Positions 25,319 to 37,690 of a stretch of DNA of 64,000 nucleotides are shown piece by piece. This DNA is from Blepharisma stoltei ATCC 30299. Taxonomy: Eukaryota > Protista > Ciliophora. The notes under the pieces are model-generated. The model had not been told where the DNA came from and did not search any database. It was given only the letters and a program-made list of their open reading frames with translations. Positions within the stretch are counted from its first letter, which is position 1. Every line of letters starts with the position of its first letter. Position numbers and translations under genes: made by a program. The DNA is taken from contig CBFDEM010000018.1 in assembly GCA_965603825.1 (NCBI GenBank), forward strand, positions 682,001-746,000, written 5' to 3'.

Positions 25319-25666
25319 ATGATAACTCCTGAACCACTCCCTAGAGAATTCGAAAATTCCTTCGAAAAAGAAAGTAAACGACTTAGTAAAAAGCCAAAAG
25401 AGCAAGATTTTCAAATTAAATATAAAACAGAGATTTGTAAAAATTGGGTGAATGGCCACTGTCAGTTTGGAGAAAGCTGTGCCTTTGCCCATGGAAGGGA
25501 AGAATTACGAGAGAAAGCTTTGTCTAAGAAAGAGTGTACACACTTTGCGGAAGGCTTTTGTGTCTATGGAGAGAGGTGTCTATTTAAGCATACAGTAAAT
25601 ACAAAGCGGCGGCTGCCTGTTTTTATAACCATCTCGATGAAAGGACAGATTGAGACTCAAAACTAA
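25319..25666 (+). CDS. Tandem CCCH zinc-finger RNA-binding protein (TIS11/ZFP36-like)
   Basis: KYKTEIC...CQFGESCAFAHG..ELR, C..F...C.YG.RC.F.H, RRLPVF. Confidence 0.88.
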   Translation: MITPEPLPREFENSFEKESKRLSKKPKEQDFQIKYKTEICKNWVNGHCQFGESCAFAHGREELREKALSKKECTHFAEGFCVYGERCLFKHTVNTKRRLPVFITISMKGQIETQN

Positions 25667-26532
25667 TATTCGTATATTATTTAGATAACGTTTTCACGCT
25701 AGATTAAATGTTTTTATAAGGTTTTAGAATAAGCATCATAGTTTAGCTATTCTTTAGGCTCTATAATGCTTAGATTTGGCTTTGTATCTGTACTCTTAAC
25801 AAAACCTTTAATTAAGGATACCTTTACTTAGCCTTTTTATTTAAATTTTATATATGTGGCTTAAAGGTTATTTTATCTTCGCAATAAAATGCGGAACAGA
25901 TTTAGTTCAAAAAATTATTTATAAGGGTTGGCATGAGATGATTAAGTTTGAGTATATCGAAGTATGGGGGATTTATGATAATATAAATTGTTTCTAGGAG
26001 AAATTTTTTATATTAAAAGCTATAGATAAGTGTAAGAAAAATTATATGATTTAGAGGCTCTGCATCCAAAAAAACGTTAAACAGATCAAGTTATCTGCAT
26101 GGATAAGGAATTTCAATCAATATTAATTTAAGCTATATATGCAGTCTGTATAATAATCTAACCACAAAACTCGCACAGAAAAACCATTTTATGTCATCAT
26201 TTAAATAAGTAAATTAACTAATCTAAAAAGAGTCATAATTTTTGAGAATTTGGGAAAAATAAATAATTTTTTCCCACCTAGTATTGTTATGCATAATTAA
26301 GTTAATTATGAAATTTATTATATCTAGTGGCTCTAAAATAATAATTGCTTACAAATAAGCTAATTTCGCAGATATAGCTGCAGAAATAAATTTTATTTTC
26401 CCATAATTAGGACGGTTTTTAAAAATAAACTAATTTTTAATCATTTATAATAGAAAAATCTCATTTTCTGTTTAAATTATCCAATTATTTAGTATAAGAG
26501 CTAATGAAATATCAGTTTCTCCTAATAATTAA

Positions 26533-28053
26533 ATGGAAAATAATGAAAATTTTGTGTGCTACTTATGCTGCACAAATCAAGCCGAAGTCCAATGCCACTG
26601 TTCTAACCCTTCTTTATTTTTCTGCAAAGAATGCATTGCAGAGCACATCTTTTCCCAAAGTTCAGTAATACACACCCAATCATCATTAGATATCACCGGA
26701 AACTACTATACAAATTTCATATGCAAAGAATGCTGCAAGTTTAATGCTGAATACGTCTGTTTATGCAGCGACTCGATACAAACATTTTGTGACTCTTGTC
26801 TTGGGGCTCACATTAAGAAATTCTCGTTATCCAAAAGAAGCCATGAAATCGAGCCGATCGAATCCCTTGAATTTTTACATGAAATTGGTGAAATTTCTGA
26901 GTTTTTGGATAGGAAAGTTATTGTGAGGAAAATTAGAGATGCTTTAGAATTACAGATAAAAAATCTAGGAAGATTTGGAGATAAAATTATAGAAGAAAAA
27001 AATGAGCTTATTAAATTGATAGAGGATACAGTGAATTCTAAGCTGGAAGTGTTTGGTAGATATAAAAATTATTATTTAAGGATTATAGAGGAACTTGACC
27101 AGATAAAATTCTCAAGAGAACTGGACAACCAAACCTGCCTTGGGCATTTGCTAGGAATCAGTTTATCCCACATCGATAAAAGCTTGAAACGAGCTTTTGC
27201 AGTCCAAATGCATACAAATTTCGACTTAGCATTCAAAAGCGTTTCTGACTTAATCGAATTTGAAGGCCCGAAGCTTCCTGAAATCGTATCTGAGAGAAAA
27301 ATGTATTACTTCAAAACTTTCAGCCAAGAAGTCACAATTTTTAACCCTTCTGACAACTCTTTTGTCACAAGAGAGCTCGACCACTCCATCACATTTAAAA
27401 ATAATTCCTCATGATGCATTATTTCCTCTGAAAGTCTGCTATATTGTGGCGGCTCTTTAGGATCAAATTATTCAGGAGAAACTTATATCATAGACCTCGT
27501 TACCAATAAAATCAAACAAGCTGGGAATATGCTGATTCCTCGATCTCAAGCTGCTATAGTTTACTATGAAAATGAGGTCTATATATTTGGCGGCTTCAAC
27601 GGAAGCAATATAAAAGCTTGTGAAAAATTATCACTAAAAAATCTGAAATGGGAAAGAATTCCTGATATGAATCATGCAAGAAGCAGCTTTACAGTAGCGA
27701 TCCTTAATGGATTGTTTTATATGGCTGGGATGGGAGGCCCTGAAATAGAGGTGTATAACCCTTTAGACAATTCTTTTCAGCTTTTTGGACTATCTTTGCC
27801 TAAAAATTGTGTTAGCACTATGATTAGTGTGGAAAATAAAATTTTTATATTTTTACAAGACAAGCTAATATCGCTAGACCCTGAATACAAAACTTTTGAT
27901 TTGCAGTGCACTATTAGGTCTAATTTGTGGTGAAGTGGGTGCCCACCTTTGGTTTTGGAAAGCAGGATACTTTTATATTCATGCATTTCTGCATATGAGT
28001 TATGGCAGTATGATTCAAAAAGCCAAGTGATGTCTTTAATAACTAAAATTTAA
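26533..28053 (+). CDS. Two B-box-like Zn motifs, coiled coil and Kelch repeats, 506 aa
   Basis: One frame through TGAs at 27412 and 27931; YCGG, YIFGG, W..IPDM..AR Kelch motifs. Confidence 0.85.
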
Positions 28054-28077
28054 TCTAAAATATAAAGAATATGAAAA

Positions 28078-28277
28078 CTAGTCAGACCCACTTGCAAGCC
28101 ATAAGCTTATAAGCCAGAGGTCATCGCCCAATGACAAGGAGGTAAACCTCCTTGATTGAGATATCCCATAGCGGCTGCAAGTGCACGATTCATCATCCTA
28201 GAGCGGGTTATCGCCTTTTTTGATAAAGTAAAAGAGGAAAAATCACTATAGAAGTGATCCTGTACGAGTACAGTCCT
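28078..28277 (-). ncRNA. U3: U3 snoRNA (~200 nt)
   Basis: 5' AGGACTGTACT (GAC/box A'), GGATCACTTCTATAG (box A), GATGATGA (box C'), GCGATGA (box C), GTCTGA (box D). Stems CACTTGCAGCC/GGCTTGCAAGTG and CAAGGAGG/CCTCCTTG; terminal CTAG/CTAG. Confidence 0.92.
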
Positions 28278-28325
28278 AATTTAAATTTCCAAATTTCCTT
28301 TTTATCACTAATTTAGTTATTTTTT

Positions 28326-28335
28326 GTTATGGGAC
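28326..28335 (-). promoter_or_regulatory. USE-like snRNA promoter element GTCCCATAAC
   Basis: About 49-58 nt upstream of the U3 5' end; resembles the CCCATAA core of ciliate snRNA upstream elements. Confidence 0.55.
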
Positions 28336-28445
28336 ATAATAATTTCATAAAAAATTATAAGCAATTCTCGATCTTTCAGCCATTAGACTTGCTTAATTAC
28401 CATTAAATTATTTTAATTTTCCTCCAAATTATAAAATAATTTTAG

Positions 28446-29333
28446 TTATTGAGTATTATTAAACTCAAAAAGAGGCAGCCCATCTTGATGTAAAATATTG
28501 AAATTCAGAAACAACATTGGACTTTTATAATCAGGAAAATTTTTCTCAAACTCTTCTACTCCACAGTAAAACTTGCTCATGATTTCTTCAATTTCTGGGA
28601 AAATTAAATCATGGTCACTCAAAATCGTTCTTACCACATCAATCCTTCTTTCTGAAAAAGCTGCCATAATAAACGCTGTGACTGCTTGCTGCCTGGGGTC
28701 ATAGTCCTGGGCATTATAATAAAACTGCACCAGGTAAAGCACTATTCTTGCAATATTACTAATACTGCAATTTTCATCATATCTGCTTTTCAGGCATCCC
28801 AAAGTGTCAAGACAAGTCTGAATATTGACCTTAAAAGAAAGCACTTCTAAAATCCTCCCTTCTAAAGCTCTGACTTCTTCTTCACTATGATGACTAAACA
28901 GAATATTTTCATGAATTACCTTAAGTTTCAATGGAGTCACTTCATCAAATTTTGATGCTATAAACATACAAGTTACCCCTATTAGATGAAGGTCATTATT
29001 TTCCAGGCCTTCAGTGAGCTTGAGATAAGTATCCATGAGCCTTACAGTTAAAAAAAATACATTGTCACTACAGCCAAAGGATGAGGTGACTTCAATCATC
29101 CAGTTGAGAAGTCTGGAGCGATGATTGATAGTGATGGAGTGGTTGAGTAAAGATTCTTTGGTAGAAAGGTCAGGGGAATTTTTGAAGTGATGAAGGAGAA
29201 GGTCTGGAAGTGTAGTGTTGTAAAAGTTGGAGTCGACGGAGACTAAGACTTGTCTTCCATAATTGTTTGGTTTCCTCGCCTGAAGTAAAGGGAGATTTTC
29301 CTTGTCGTTATTGTTAGAGTTAAATGAGCTCAT
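28446..29333 (-). CDS. Cyclin (A/B-type cyclin box)
   Basis: RSRLLNWMIEV, LMDTYL, LHLIGVTCMFIASKFDE, LEGRILEVL. Confidence 0.9.
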   Translation of the reverse strand: MSSFNSNNNDKENLPLLQARKPNNYGRQVLVSVDSNFYNTTLPDLLLHHFKNSPDLSTKESLLNHSITINHRSRLLNWMIEVTSSFGCSDNVFFLTVRLMDTYLKLTEGLENNDLHLIGVTCMFIASKFDEVTPLKLKVIHENILFSHHSEEEVRALEGRILEVLSFKVNIQTCLDTLGCLKSRYDENCSISNIARIVLYLVQFYYNAQDYDPRQQAVTAFIMAAFSERRIDVVRTILSDHDLIFPEIEEIMSKFYCGVEEFEKNFPDYKSPMLFLNFNILHQDGLPLFEFNNTQ

Positions 29334-30520
29334 ATCTTTATAAAAGCAGTGAGAAGCGATCGCTATTTATAGACAGAAATATCCTGAGAGTGACGTTAGC
29401 AAAGATTTTGCTAATGCCTTTTATGCAATAATTTAGTTTAAATAGATTCTAATTGGAAATAATAAAAATTTTGATAAAATGAGTTTGATAAATTTTATTC
29501 TATAAAGACTTTGAGGATTTGTGCAGAATTAGCTGAGCTAATTTTTTTTAAAAATAAAATTATTTAATTACAAAGTTTAAAGGAAAATTAGCAGCTTTAT
29601 TGAAATTCAAAGCTAAAAATCAATATTTATACAGCTTCTGCATAATGTTTAGCGAATAAATATGTTTTTGATTAAAAAGGGTAATATTTAATTACATTTT
29701 TTAAGGTAAAGACTCAATTCAGCAATTAATAAAATTATTTATTTGTAGTGCATATATGCTTGTAGATATTTAGCAAAGAAAAAGAATCGATATAGCTCAA
29801 GAGGCTATTTAAAGTATTTCTATTGGATTTTATTTTTGGAACTGCAAACATTGAAAAGACACAGAAAAACATATAAGTCAGATCATTAAAATATGGAGGA
29901 GCAGTCTAAATATAGCTTTTGAATAGAAGAAAAATTTACAAAAAATTACTGACTAGATTTCTATTAAAAAATCCTAATCTCATAAACTTAAATATGGTCA
30001 GCTAATAGAGCACAATCAATTAGCAATCAACAAAAAAAATAAGTTCAGCTTTCCTAAACTTTGCCTAGCGTCAGCCTATAAATCTTGAAAATTACCCATA
30101 AAAAATCAAATCCAGGCTAATCTTTAACCCTAAAAGTTTTGGAAATGTGTTTGATTTTGTAAGAAATCAGAAAATGATCATTTTTGATGTATTCTCAAAT
30201 AAACTGCATTTCCTTCTTAGAATAAAATTCCAACAGGCTTTGCTCCATAATTTATATAAAACTTACAATCTGATCACCCCAATTCCAAATTTAAATTCCT
30301 TTCTCCAATCTTCCATTCTGGCCTTCCAATTCCTACAAGTTAAAATAAAAATAATTTAAATTAAGCCTATTTTATCGCAGAACTGATAATCCATATTTCT
30401 TCCATTAATTTTAAGCCATGCATATTAAAATTCTAGATCAGCGAAGAATAAAATCAAAAACCATGGAAAATAAAGCCTTCTTCGGAGATGGCAAATTTAT
30501 AATAAATTATTACAAATAAT

Positions 30521-31843
30521 ATGAACAGCATATCCATGTCAGAATCTGGATCTGAAAATGAAATTCCAAGAAGCCCTCAGGGGAATTCTGGAAACTCTAA
30601 CGACGATCCACTTTTATCTTTGTTCCAAGGACCTTCGTTAGCAAAACTAATGACCCATCCTAAAACAAAGGAATATTTCCATCAAGAAGATTTTGTCCAG
30701 TATCTTAATGCTTTGAATGAAACTAAAAATACCTCACTTGAATTTATGAGTGACCCAAGGTTCATGGAATGTGTGGGCGTCTTAATGGGTGTTGACTGCT
30801 CAGGCCCTAAGAACCATACTCCTCAGGACCAATGTCAAGAGGATGGTAACAGCGATAGCCATGACGAAGAATACTATAACAAGCAAGCTGCCGAAGAAGA
30901 GAAAACCTTGGGGAATTCAGCATTCGGCAAAAAGAAATGAAGAGTCGCCATGGAGCATTATGACCGAGCAATCAATCTAGATCCTTCGGAAATGACATAT
31001 ATAAACAATAAAGCTGCCTGTTTTTTCTCAATCGGAGAGTATCAAAGATGCATAGAACTCTGTGATAAAGCCCTAGAAATTGGAAAAAAGAACATGGCAG
31101 ACGGTAAAAAAATCGGAAGAGCCTTGTCCAGAAAAGGCCACGCACTAGAAAAACTAGGAAGAATAGACGAAGCCATAGACAGTTTAAAGCTCTCTTTATT
31201 TGAGCAGAATGATGATAAAGTAAAATTCGAGGTGAGAGATCTTGAGAGGAAAAAGAAAAAAACTGTGGATGATAACTATAAAAATCCTGGCCGAGCTGAA
31301 GAAAATAATTTGGCTGCCAATGAGCTTTTTGGTGAAGGCGACTATGAAGAAGCAATCAAAGAATATATTGAATGTCAAAAAAGGCTTCCAAACGACATTA
31401 ATTACTTATCGAACCGCGCTGTCTGCTTTATCAAGCTTAAACAGTTCTACAAAGCACTAAAAGACCTTGATAGGATTCTTGAGATTGACCATAATCATAT
31501 CCAAGCTAATATTCAAAAAGCCTTTATCCATACTGTTTTTAAAGAGTATGGAAAAGCCCTTGAATGCTACGAAAAAGTCCTTCAAATCGACCCAGACAAT
31601 CAAGAATGCAAAGAAGGCTTTAAAAAAGTGGTGAGGTCTCTGAATTTCCAAATTGATTGTAGCGATGAAGATAGGATGAAAAGAAGCTTACTAGATACTT
31701 CTATTAAGCATATTCTATGTGATCCTCAGCTCATTGAATTTTTAGAAAAAGTCAATTTAAATAAGGAGCAGACCACAAATCCTGCTATCCTTGCCGCATA
31801 TGCAAAGTTAAAAGAAGCAGGCCTATTAAAAGCGACACCTTAA
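30521..31843 (+). CDS. STI1: STI1/HOP-like co-chaperone (DP1-TPR2A-TPR2B-DP2)
   Basis: Joined through TGA at 30938; DPRFM, EEEKTLGN, YINNKAA, SNRAVC motifs. Confidence 0.85.
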
Positions 31844-31864
31844 AATAATGTTTCTTATTAATAA

Positions 31865-32602
31865 TTAATGTCTAATCCTTTTCACTTTATTAGTGAAAAT
31901 TTCTCTGGGGAATCTCAGAACTTTGACAGGAGAACAATTTTCGCTTTTAGGAAAATTTGAATCTTCCCTTGTCAATTCTTTTGTGTCAGCCACTCTAAAG
32001 GTAAATAAAAAATCTTCTTTTTTAGATATTTTTAGGTCTAAAAATTTAACTCGATCTGTAAAGGATTTTCCTATAGGAGATTTTTCATGCCTTATCAAGG
32101 GAAATCGACTTTGTATTTTTGAAGAGAAACTGCTATCAATTTCTGACTCATTTTTTAAGCTTTCTATTGTTTTTGTTGGAGAGGATATTTGAGTTTTAGT
32201 TAAAAATTGTTGATCTGTGAGATTTTCAAAAAGTTTTTGCAAGTAATTAAGCTTTTTTCTAGGTGTATGCAAATAAGGAGAGGCATCTTCATTGTTGTAG
32301 CTTGATAATAAAGAATTTTCTTCAGGGAGAAGATATTTTTTATTCAATTTGTGAAGCCTTTGTAAAGGCTTAAACTGCAATTTGTCAGGGAATCTATATG
32401 ATGAAGGCGGAAATGAGTTTTCTGAAGGCTCTTCTCGGCTTGTATGTACAGAGTTTACAAAAGTCTCAATGAATCTTTTCTTATTAAACCTTTGAGGGGT
32501 TTTGGAATGTGGTTTAGAACGCTCAGAAAGAGGAGTGGTGATATTTTTAATGAATTTCAGTTCTAATTTTGGCTTAAAAGTGGACTCAGTGCTAATTTCC
32601 AT
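31865..32602 (-). CDS. Hypothetical protein
   Basis: 245-aa ATG-TAA ORF. Confidence 0.7.
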   Translation of the reverse strand: MEISTESTFKPKLELKFIKNITTPLSERSKPHSKTPQRFNKKRFIETFVNSVHTSREEPSENSFPPSSYRFPDKLQFKPLQRLHKLNKKYLLPEENSLLSSYNNEDASPYLHTPRKKLNYLQKLFENLTDQQFLTKTQISSPTKTIESLKNESEIDSSFSSKIQSRFPLIRHEKSPIGKSFTDRVKFLDLKISKKEDFLFTFRVADTKELTREDSNFPKSENCSPVKVLRFPREIFTNKVKRIRH

Positions 32603-32776
32603 TTTTATAAATTAATCGATTATATTTGTGAGTTAACTGCATGATAATTATATGATGAATATAGAAATTATTTATTCTTGATAAAGCTAATAACTGAATA
32701 AATGTAAAAATTAATTTAATGATAGGACTGAGAACTTAACTTATATTTTTCATTACAAAATAACATCATTATATAT

Positions 32777-33904
32777 TTATTTCTTTGTAGCTGCTCTGCA
32801 CTTACAAAAATTATTCGCCATATTGCATTCTGTACAGAAAATAAACCCGCAATTACATCTTGCCAGCCCTGGATTTCTTACAGACACCATTTGGTTGCAA
32901 TAAGGGCATGTCCTTACAATCCTTTTATTCGACAGCTTCATTGCTTCAAACTTGTCTTTACCTGCATGGATAAGATTTTTGGCTTTATCAATCAAACTGC
33001 GCTCATCAGGCGTTTTCAGCGACTCTTGATATTGCTCACAGTTCATCCCTTGATGATAAATGCATTTGCAGTTCAAGCATCATTCTGTGCTGCAAAGTCT
33101 GCATATAATCCTAGTCACTCCTTGAGAAATTTCCATAACAGCCCCACATTTAGGGTTAATGCATTTTACTACTGATTCTTTATGCTCTGAAAAATAGCTA
33201 TCTAGAGTAAGTTTTTCATATCTCTCAATTCAAATATTATCTAGATAAAGCCTAATGTCACTTGTCCCGACCTCTTTTGTGCAGTCTTGCCCAGGACACA
33301 TAAGAGGGACTTTTTGATGAGAAATTTGGCTTTGGAGGTTTATTGTTAGACATTTGGAATGAAACATATGTGAACAATTATACATAAGCTGATACTCTCT
33401 TTCTGGGATTTCTTTTCCACACAATTCACATTTGGCAGATGGAGAATCCATGTTTCATTCATCATGCAATTGTTTTGCTAGCATTTCAGATTTTTCAAGC
33501 TCTTGGAATTTGTCGATTTTTTTAGTGACCACAGGGACCTTTCTTTTAGGGAACTCAATTGATTCACGCTTATCTAGATGTTTCAGACGAGGCTTAATAG
33601 AGCCAATTCTTCCTATCATTATCTGATGTATCAAATCTAATTTTTCATTATTATCAAGATTATTTTGGCCATACTGCGTTTGTACCTCTGAAACCAGCCT
33701 CAAAAATATTTCTGATTTAAAATTTAGTCTTGCATATGCGACTCCAGCTGCAAAAACATCAAGAGCCGACAAATTGGCACTGTAATTTTTCAACGAGTTT
33801 TGGATTTCATCTAAATCATCTTTATAATTGGCCTCTTGGCTATCACCCTCATTGAATATATCTTCTGTATCAATTGGTCTTTCATTACAAGTCTTTCTCA
33901 TCAT
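32777..33904 (-). CDS. RBR-type (RING1-IBR-RING2-like) protein
   Basis: Three track ORFs share one frame through TGAs; CELC...CSHMFH..C...CP...C; IBR CINPKC...CRLC...(W)CLNC...H...C. Confidence 0.85.
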
Positions 33905-33966
33905 TTTTCTATAGAATTCAATATTAAATATGACATTATAATTATAAAACTCAAAATATTTTACTA

Positions 33967-35572
33967 TTATATGGAAGGCTTTCTTAGAAGTTTGGGAATC
34001 ATTCTCAGCTTTCCATATAAAGAGGCACAAATATCAAGAAAAGCCATCATCTGTCCAGAAATTATGGTAAAGTCTAGCATAAAAATATCTTCTTGCTATA
34101 TAGAAATTACTTTGTAAATTCTCACATCAAATTTTACGTGCTTTCCGTATTGTGTTGGCTGAATATTTTTGGTATCAATAGCTTCTAGAAGGGCATCTTC
34201 GTAGCCGACTGTCCTAACCCTAATTTCGAAATTTGTGACCAGTTTCCATTCTAAATCGAGCTCGATGAATGCTTCAAATAAATGCAGCATTAAGGAGTAT
34301 GCGGAGACGAGGCATCTGAAGCCATAGACTCAATTGTGTAAGAGCCCTGTACTTAAATTGGTGTGCATCTTGGTTCCATTTTTGGGCATTATCATAGGTC
34401 CTTCATCGTCTGGAGGGAGCAAAAAGATTCCATTTTTCTTTTTGAAGAGGGGCTCTAAGCTGATAGTCTTTTCATTAAGCAGTTTCCTTTTTTCTTTTAA
34501 TTTTTCATCTAGAAGAATTTCATAGCAGACAACAAAGAGTGCTTGAGATTTGTTAAGAATTGCTTGTCGCAGCTGCGCTTTGTCTTGTTTTAGATTTTTA
34601 AACTCAGGAAAATTCATGCAGCGCTCCAAGAGCTCTTCATCAATTTCTCGATTATTTCGATTTGCACGATATGATGATAAACAGTCAATAGTCCCATTGC
34701 AGTCTATGATAGTTTCTTTAAATTGAAGATGCATAGGGATGTTTTCTAGATATCAAGGATGGTCCATAAGCTGCCTCATTGTGATTCTGGATACAGGATC
34801 ATTATTCAGCATTCTGCACACTAAATCAGCTGCTCCTTTCGAAAAATGGTGGGGAATTGTAAAATTCGCGGCTAAATATCTCTTACCTTTAATTTTAGAA
34901 AACAAAGCTGTGATGTTATTCTCATCAAAGGGTAAAAATCCAGCTAACAAAGCATAGAGCACTACTCCAATGCTCCACACATCGGCCTCAGGCCCACAAT
35001 AATTCGATCCTGATATCACTTCAGGTGCGGCATAATTCGGTGAGCCACACGAAGTCTTCAGGAAAACCCCATCCTGCGTAAAATTTGACAGACCAAAATC
35101 TCCGATCTTCAATGAGGATTCTTCATCAAGCAAAATATTTTCTGGCTTTATGTCTCTATGGGCTACTTTGTGGTCATGACAGTACGATATAGCAGAAACG
35201 ATTTGCTGGAAGTAAACTCTGGCTTCATTTTCTGATAGTCGGCCATTTCGTTCTATTAAGCTGTACAAATCGCCTCCTGGGACATATTCCATCACTAGAA
35301 AGATTTCTTTGGAAGACTTAATCACTTCATATCTGGCTAATACTTACAGTCTGATTATGTGTGGGTGATGGAACATCTTTAAAATCTTAATTTCTCTCTT
35401 GACCTTTTTCAATAATCGTTCTTCTTGAATAAGCCGCCTTTTGATTATTTTTATTGCGACTTTTCGCTGAGAAACTTTGTGCTCGGCAACTAGGTGGTGT
35501 TTTACGCTTTACTTTGGAAAATGAGCCTGATCCTAAAGGTTTGATGATCTTGTAAGCGTCAAGGTTTGACAT
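33967..35572 (-). CDS. SNF1: AMPK/SNF1 catalytic alpha subunit, four introns
   Basis: GSGSFSKVK, HRDIKPEN, DFGLSN, LKTSCGSPNYAAPE, HP(W), C-terminal alpha-CTD/KA1-like region. Introns 35490-35505, 35333-35347, 34872-34886, 34096-34110. Confidence 0.93.
34096..34110 (-). other. 15-nt intron GTAATTTCTATATAG
   Basis: Consensus match; removes TAG. Confidence 0.88.
34872..34886 (-). other. 15-nt in-frame, stop-free intron GTAAGAGATATTTAG
   Basis: Consensus match; removal restores KIKAANFTIP spacing typical of AMPK. Confidence 0.75.
35333..35347 (-). other. 15-nt intron GTAAGTATTAGCCAG
   Basis: Restores IIRLYEVI. Confidence 0.92.
35490..35505 (-). other. 16-nt intron GTAAAACACCACCTAG
   Basis: Restores KVKLAEH...VAIKI frame. 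Confidence 0.92.
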
Positions 35573-35698
35573 TTTTTTATGTGTATTTAATTGGGTTTAG
35601 CATCATATATATCATGCTACTTATCAATAAAACTAAACTAAAGATTTTTATGAAAAATCCGAGTAGAACTTTAAAATAATGCTTAAATTTAATTAAAT

Positions 35699-36319
35699 AT
35701 GGGAGCAAGTTGTTCACAAGATTCCGGGGATTCCCAACGAAACCAGAAGCAGCAGCTTGCAAATAGCCGAGGTCGACAAACATATGACTCTCAAACAATT
35801 CGACCCTCAGTAAACCCTCGAATTACTATAGAATCCACTAGAGGACCATCTGAAACTGTGAGCTCTCATTTCTCACGAAGAACTACTAACAGGTCCAGAC
35901 TTTCCACTCTAAACGATTCTTATTCCTTTGAGTACGCCCAGCAGGTGTTACTAGACGCATATAAAGGGAATTTAGATATTGTCAACAAGCATATAAAAGA
36001 GGGATTTGCAGTAGATTTTCCACTTAACCAGTCAGGGTGAACTTTAGCTCATATTGCAGCTCAGATGAAAAATCTTGAGATGCTTGAGACACTTATTAAA
36101 TACAAATGTGATCTTGATATTCAAGAGATAGGAGAAGGGTGGACACCAATTATGGTGGCTGCTATCAATAACTCTATTGAGATTGCAAAGATGCTTATTA
36201 AATATAATGCTGATCTTTCAATCAAGGATAACAGCCAAATGACCGCTATTCAGTTAGCAGAAAAATACAGGAGTAGAGAAGTATATGAAGTGCTTGTGGG
36301 AGGCGTAAGAAATCGATAG
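35699..36319 (+). CDS. Ankyrin-repeat protein with myristoylation-like start
   Basis: G(W=TGA)TLAHIAA paired with GWTPIMVAA. Confidence 0.88.
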
Positions 36320-36415
36320 ATTCACTGATAAGATTTAATAAATTCTTTCCAAAATGAATAAAAAATCTCTTCAAAAGACATTTTCTAATCTCAGTCATAT
36401 ACTTAAATAAGCTAG

Positions 36416-37645
36416 ATGAAATTGCTTCACCCTCGAATCCTAGTCTCCACCCTACATTTCGCGCTCTTAGCCCTTTCTGGCTTTTTTATTCCATCTCTTC
36501 ATAATCCTGGAGAATTCATTTTCTATCTTTTTTGGTACTTTTTACTTAGACTCACCGCAATAACTTCAGTTCTCCTTTATTTAATCACAAGTTTCAAAGA
36601 TCCAGGGTTCATTCCTTTATACTCTGAAGCTTTAACTTCTTCTGAAGCAGCTTTAGCAATTAAAGATTCAACTCATCACAAGCAAACATCGTCAGTGGCA
36701 AGTCATCTTACAGCAGCTTCAACAACCCACCGAGTAGACTACAAGCAAAGTCCTAGTACTAATGCAAGTGCGCTTAACCAAGGAAGTAATCAAAACCCAG
36801 TCCAGTCGTCCCCTAAACAAACTGACATAGTAAACCTTTCTCAAGAAGGGTCTATTAATTTTGAATGCATGAATTCAGACAGGCTACAAGTAAGTTTAAG
36901 TGAAGAGAACTCAATTGTAATTAATATTGATGAGCTGCCTGAAGACGAAATTGTGGTGTTTAAAAACCAGTCACATGAAGAAAATGACGCAATCGATGCT
37001 GGGGACAGCTCAATTCCATCAATTTTTAGCAAAAACAGTGAAAACGCTGAGCTTGAAGATATTATGGTAATTGTGCAGCCTATTGGAGATTCTGATTGTC
37101 CAAGCTTCCCATCAAGCGAAAACGAAGTACATGAAGCTGCTATGCGGTATTGCACTGCTTGCCATATAGATCAGCCAATCAGAGCTAAACATTGCAGTCA
37201 GTGCTCTCGATGTGTGGCTACATTTGACCATCATTGCCCATTTCTAGGTGTCTGCATAGGCGAAAAAAACAGGTTTTTATTTTACTGGCTTCTGTTTTTT
37301 GTAGCTGCAGAGTGCTGAATAGGAGCTGTAACTGCCTTGGCGTCGATTAATATTGACACTTGGGAAACTGAAAATATACAATTAATAATCCTAGGAATTG
37401 TAGGGATTATTATTGGGACACTTATAAGTATTCTTTGAACTTATCATTCATATCTGGCAAGCACAAATTTAACGACCTGGGAAACTAAAAGCTGGAAAAA
37501 AATCACCTACTTGAATGGTTTAGAAAAATCTAAAGGCTCACCATTCTCTAAAGGCTTCATAGGAAATCTTGCATATTTTTGTAAAATCCACAAGAGTATC
37601 ACAAATTGGGCCTTTATCAACAGAAAAAGTAATGTAAATTTGTAA
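36416..37645 (+). CDS. DHHC palmitoyltransferase
   Basis: DPG, RAKHC..C..CV..FDHHCP...CIG..N, NLTTWE, SPFSKG..GN. Confidence 0.93.
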
Positions 37646-37690
37646 AAAATTGTTTTAACTATTAAATTAATTTTTCAGGCTTCTAATACA

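Noticed and set aside
30147-30359. 70-aa ORF upstream of STI1
   Set aside because: Non-ATG start and pyrimidine-skewed leader composition; not TPR-like.
33905-34030. N-terminal extension of the RBR ORF given in the track
   Set aside because: Overlaps the last AMPK exon in another frame; ATG at 33904 is more plausible.
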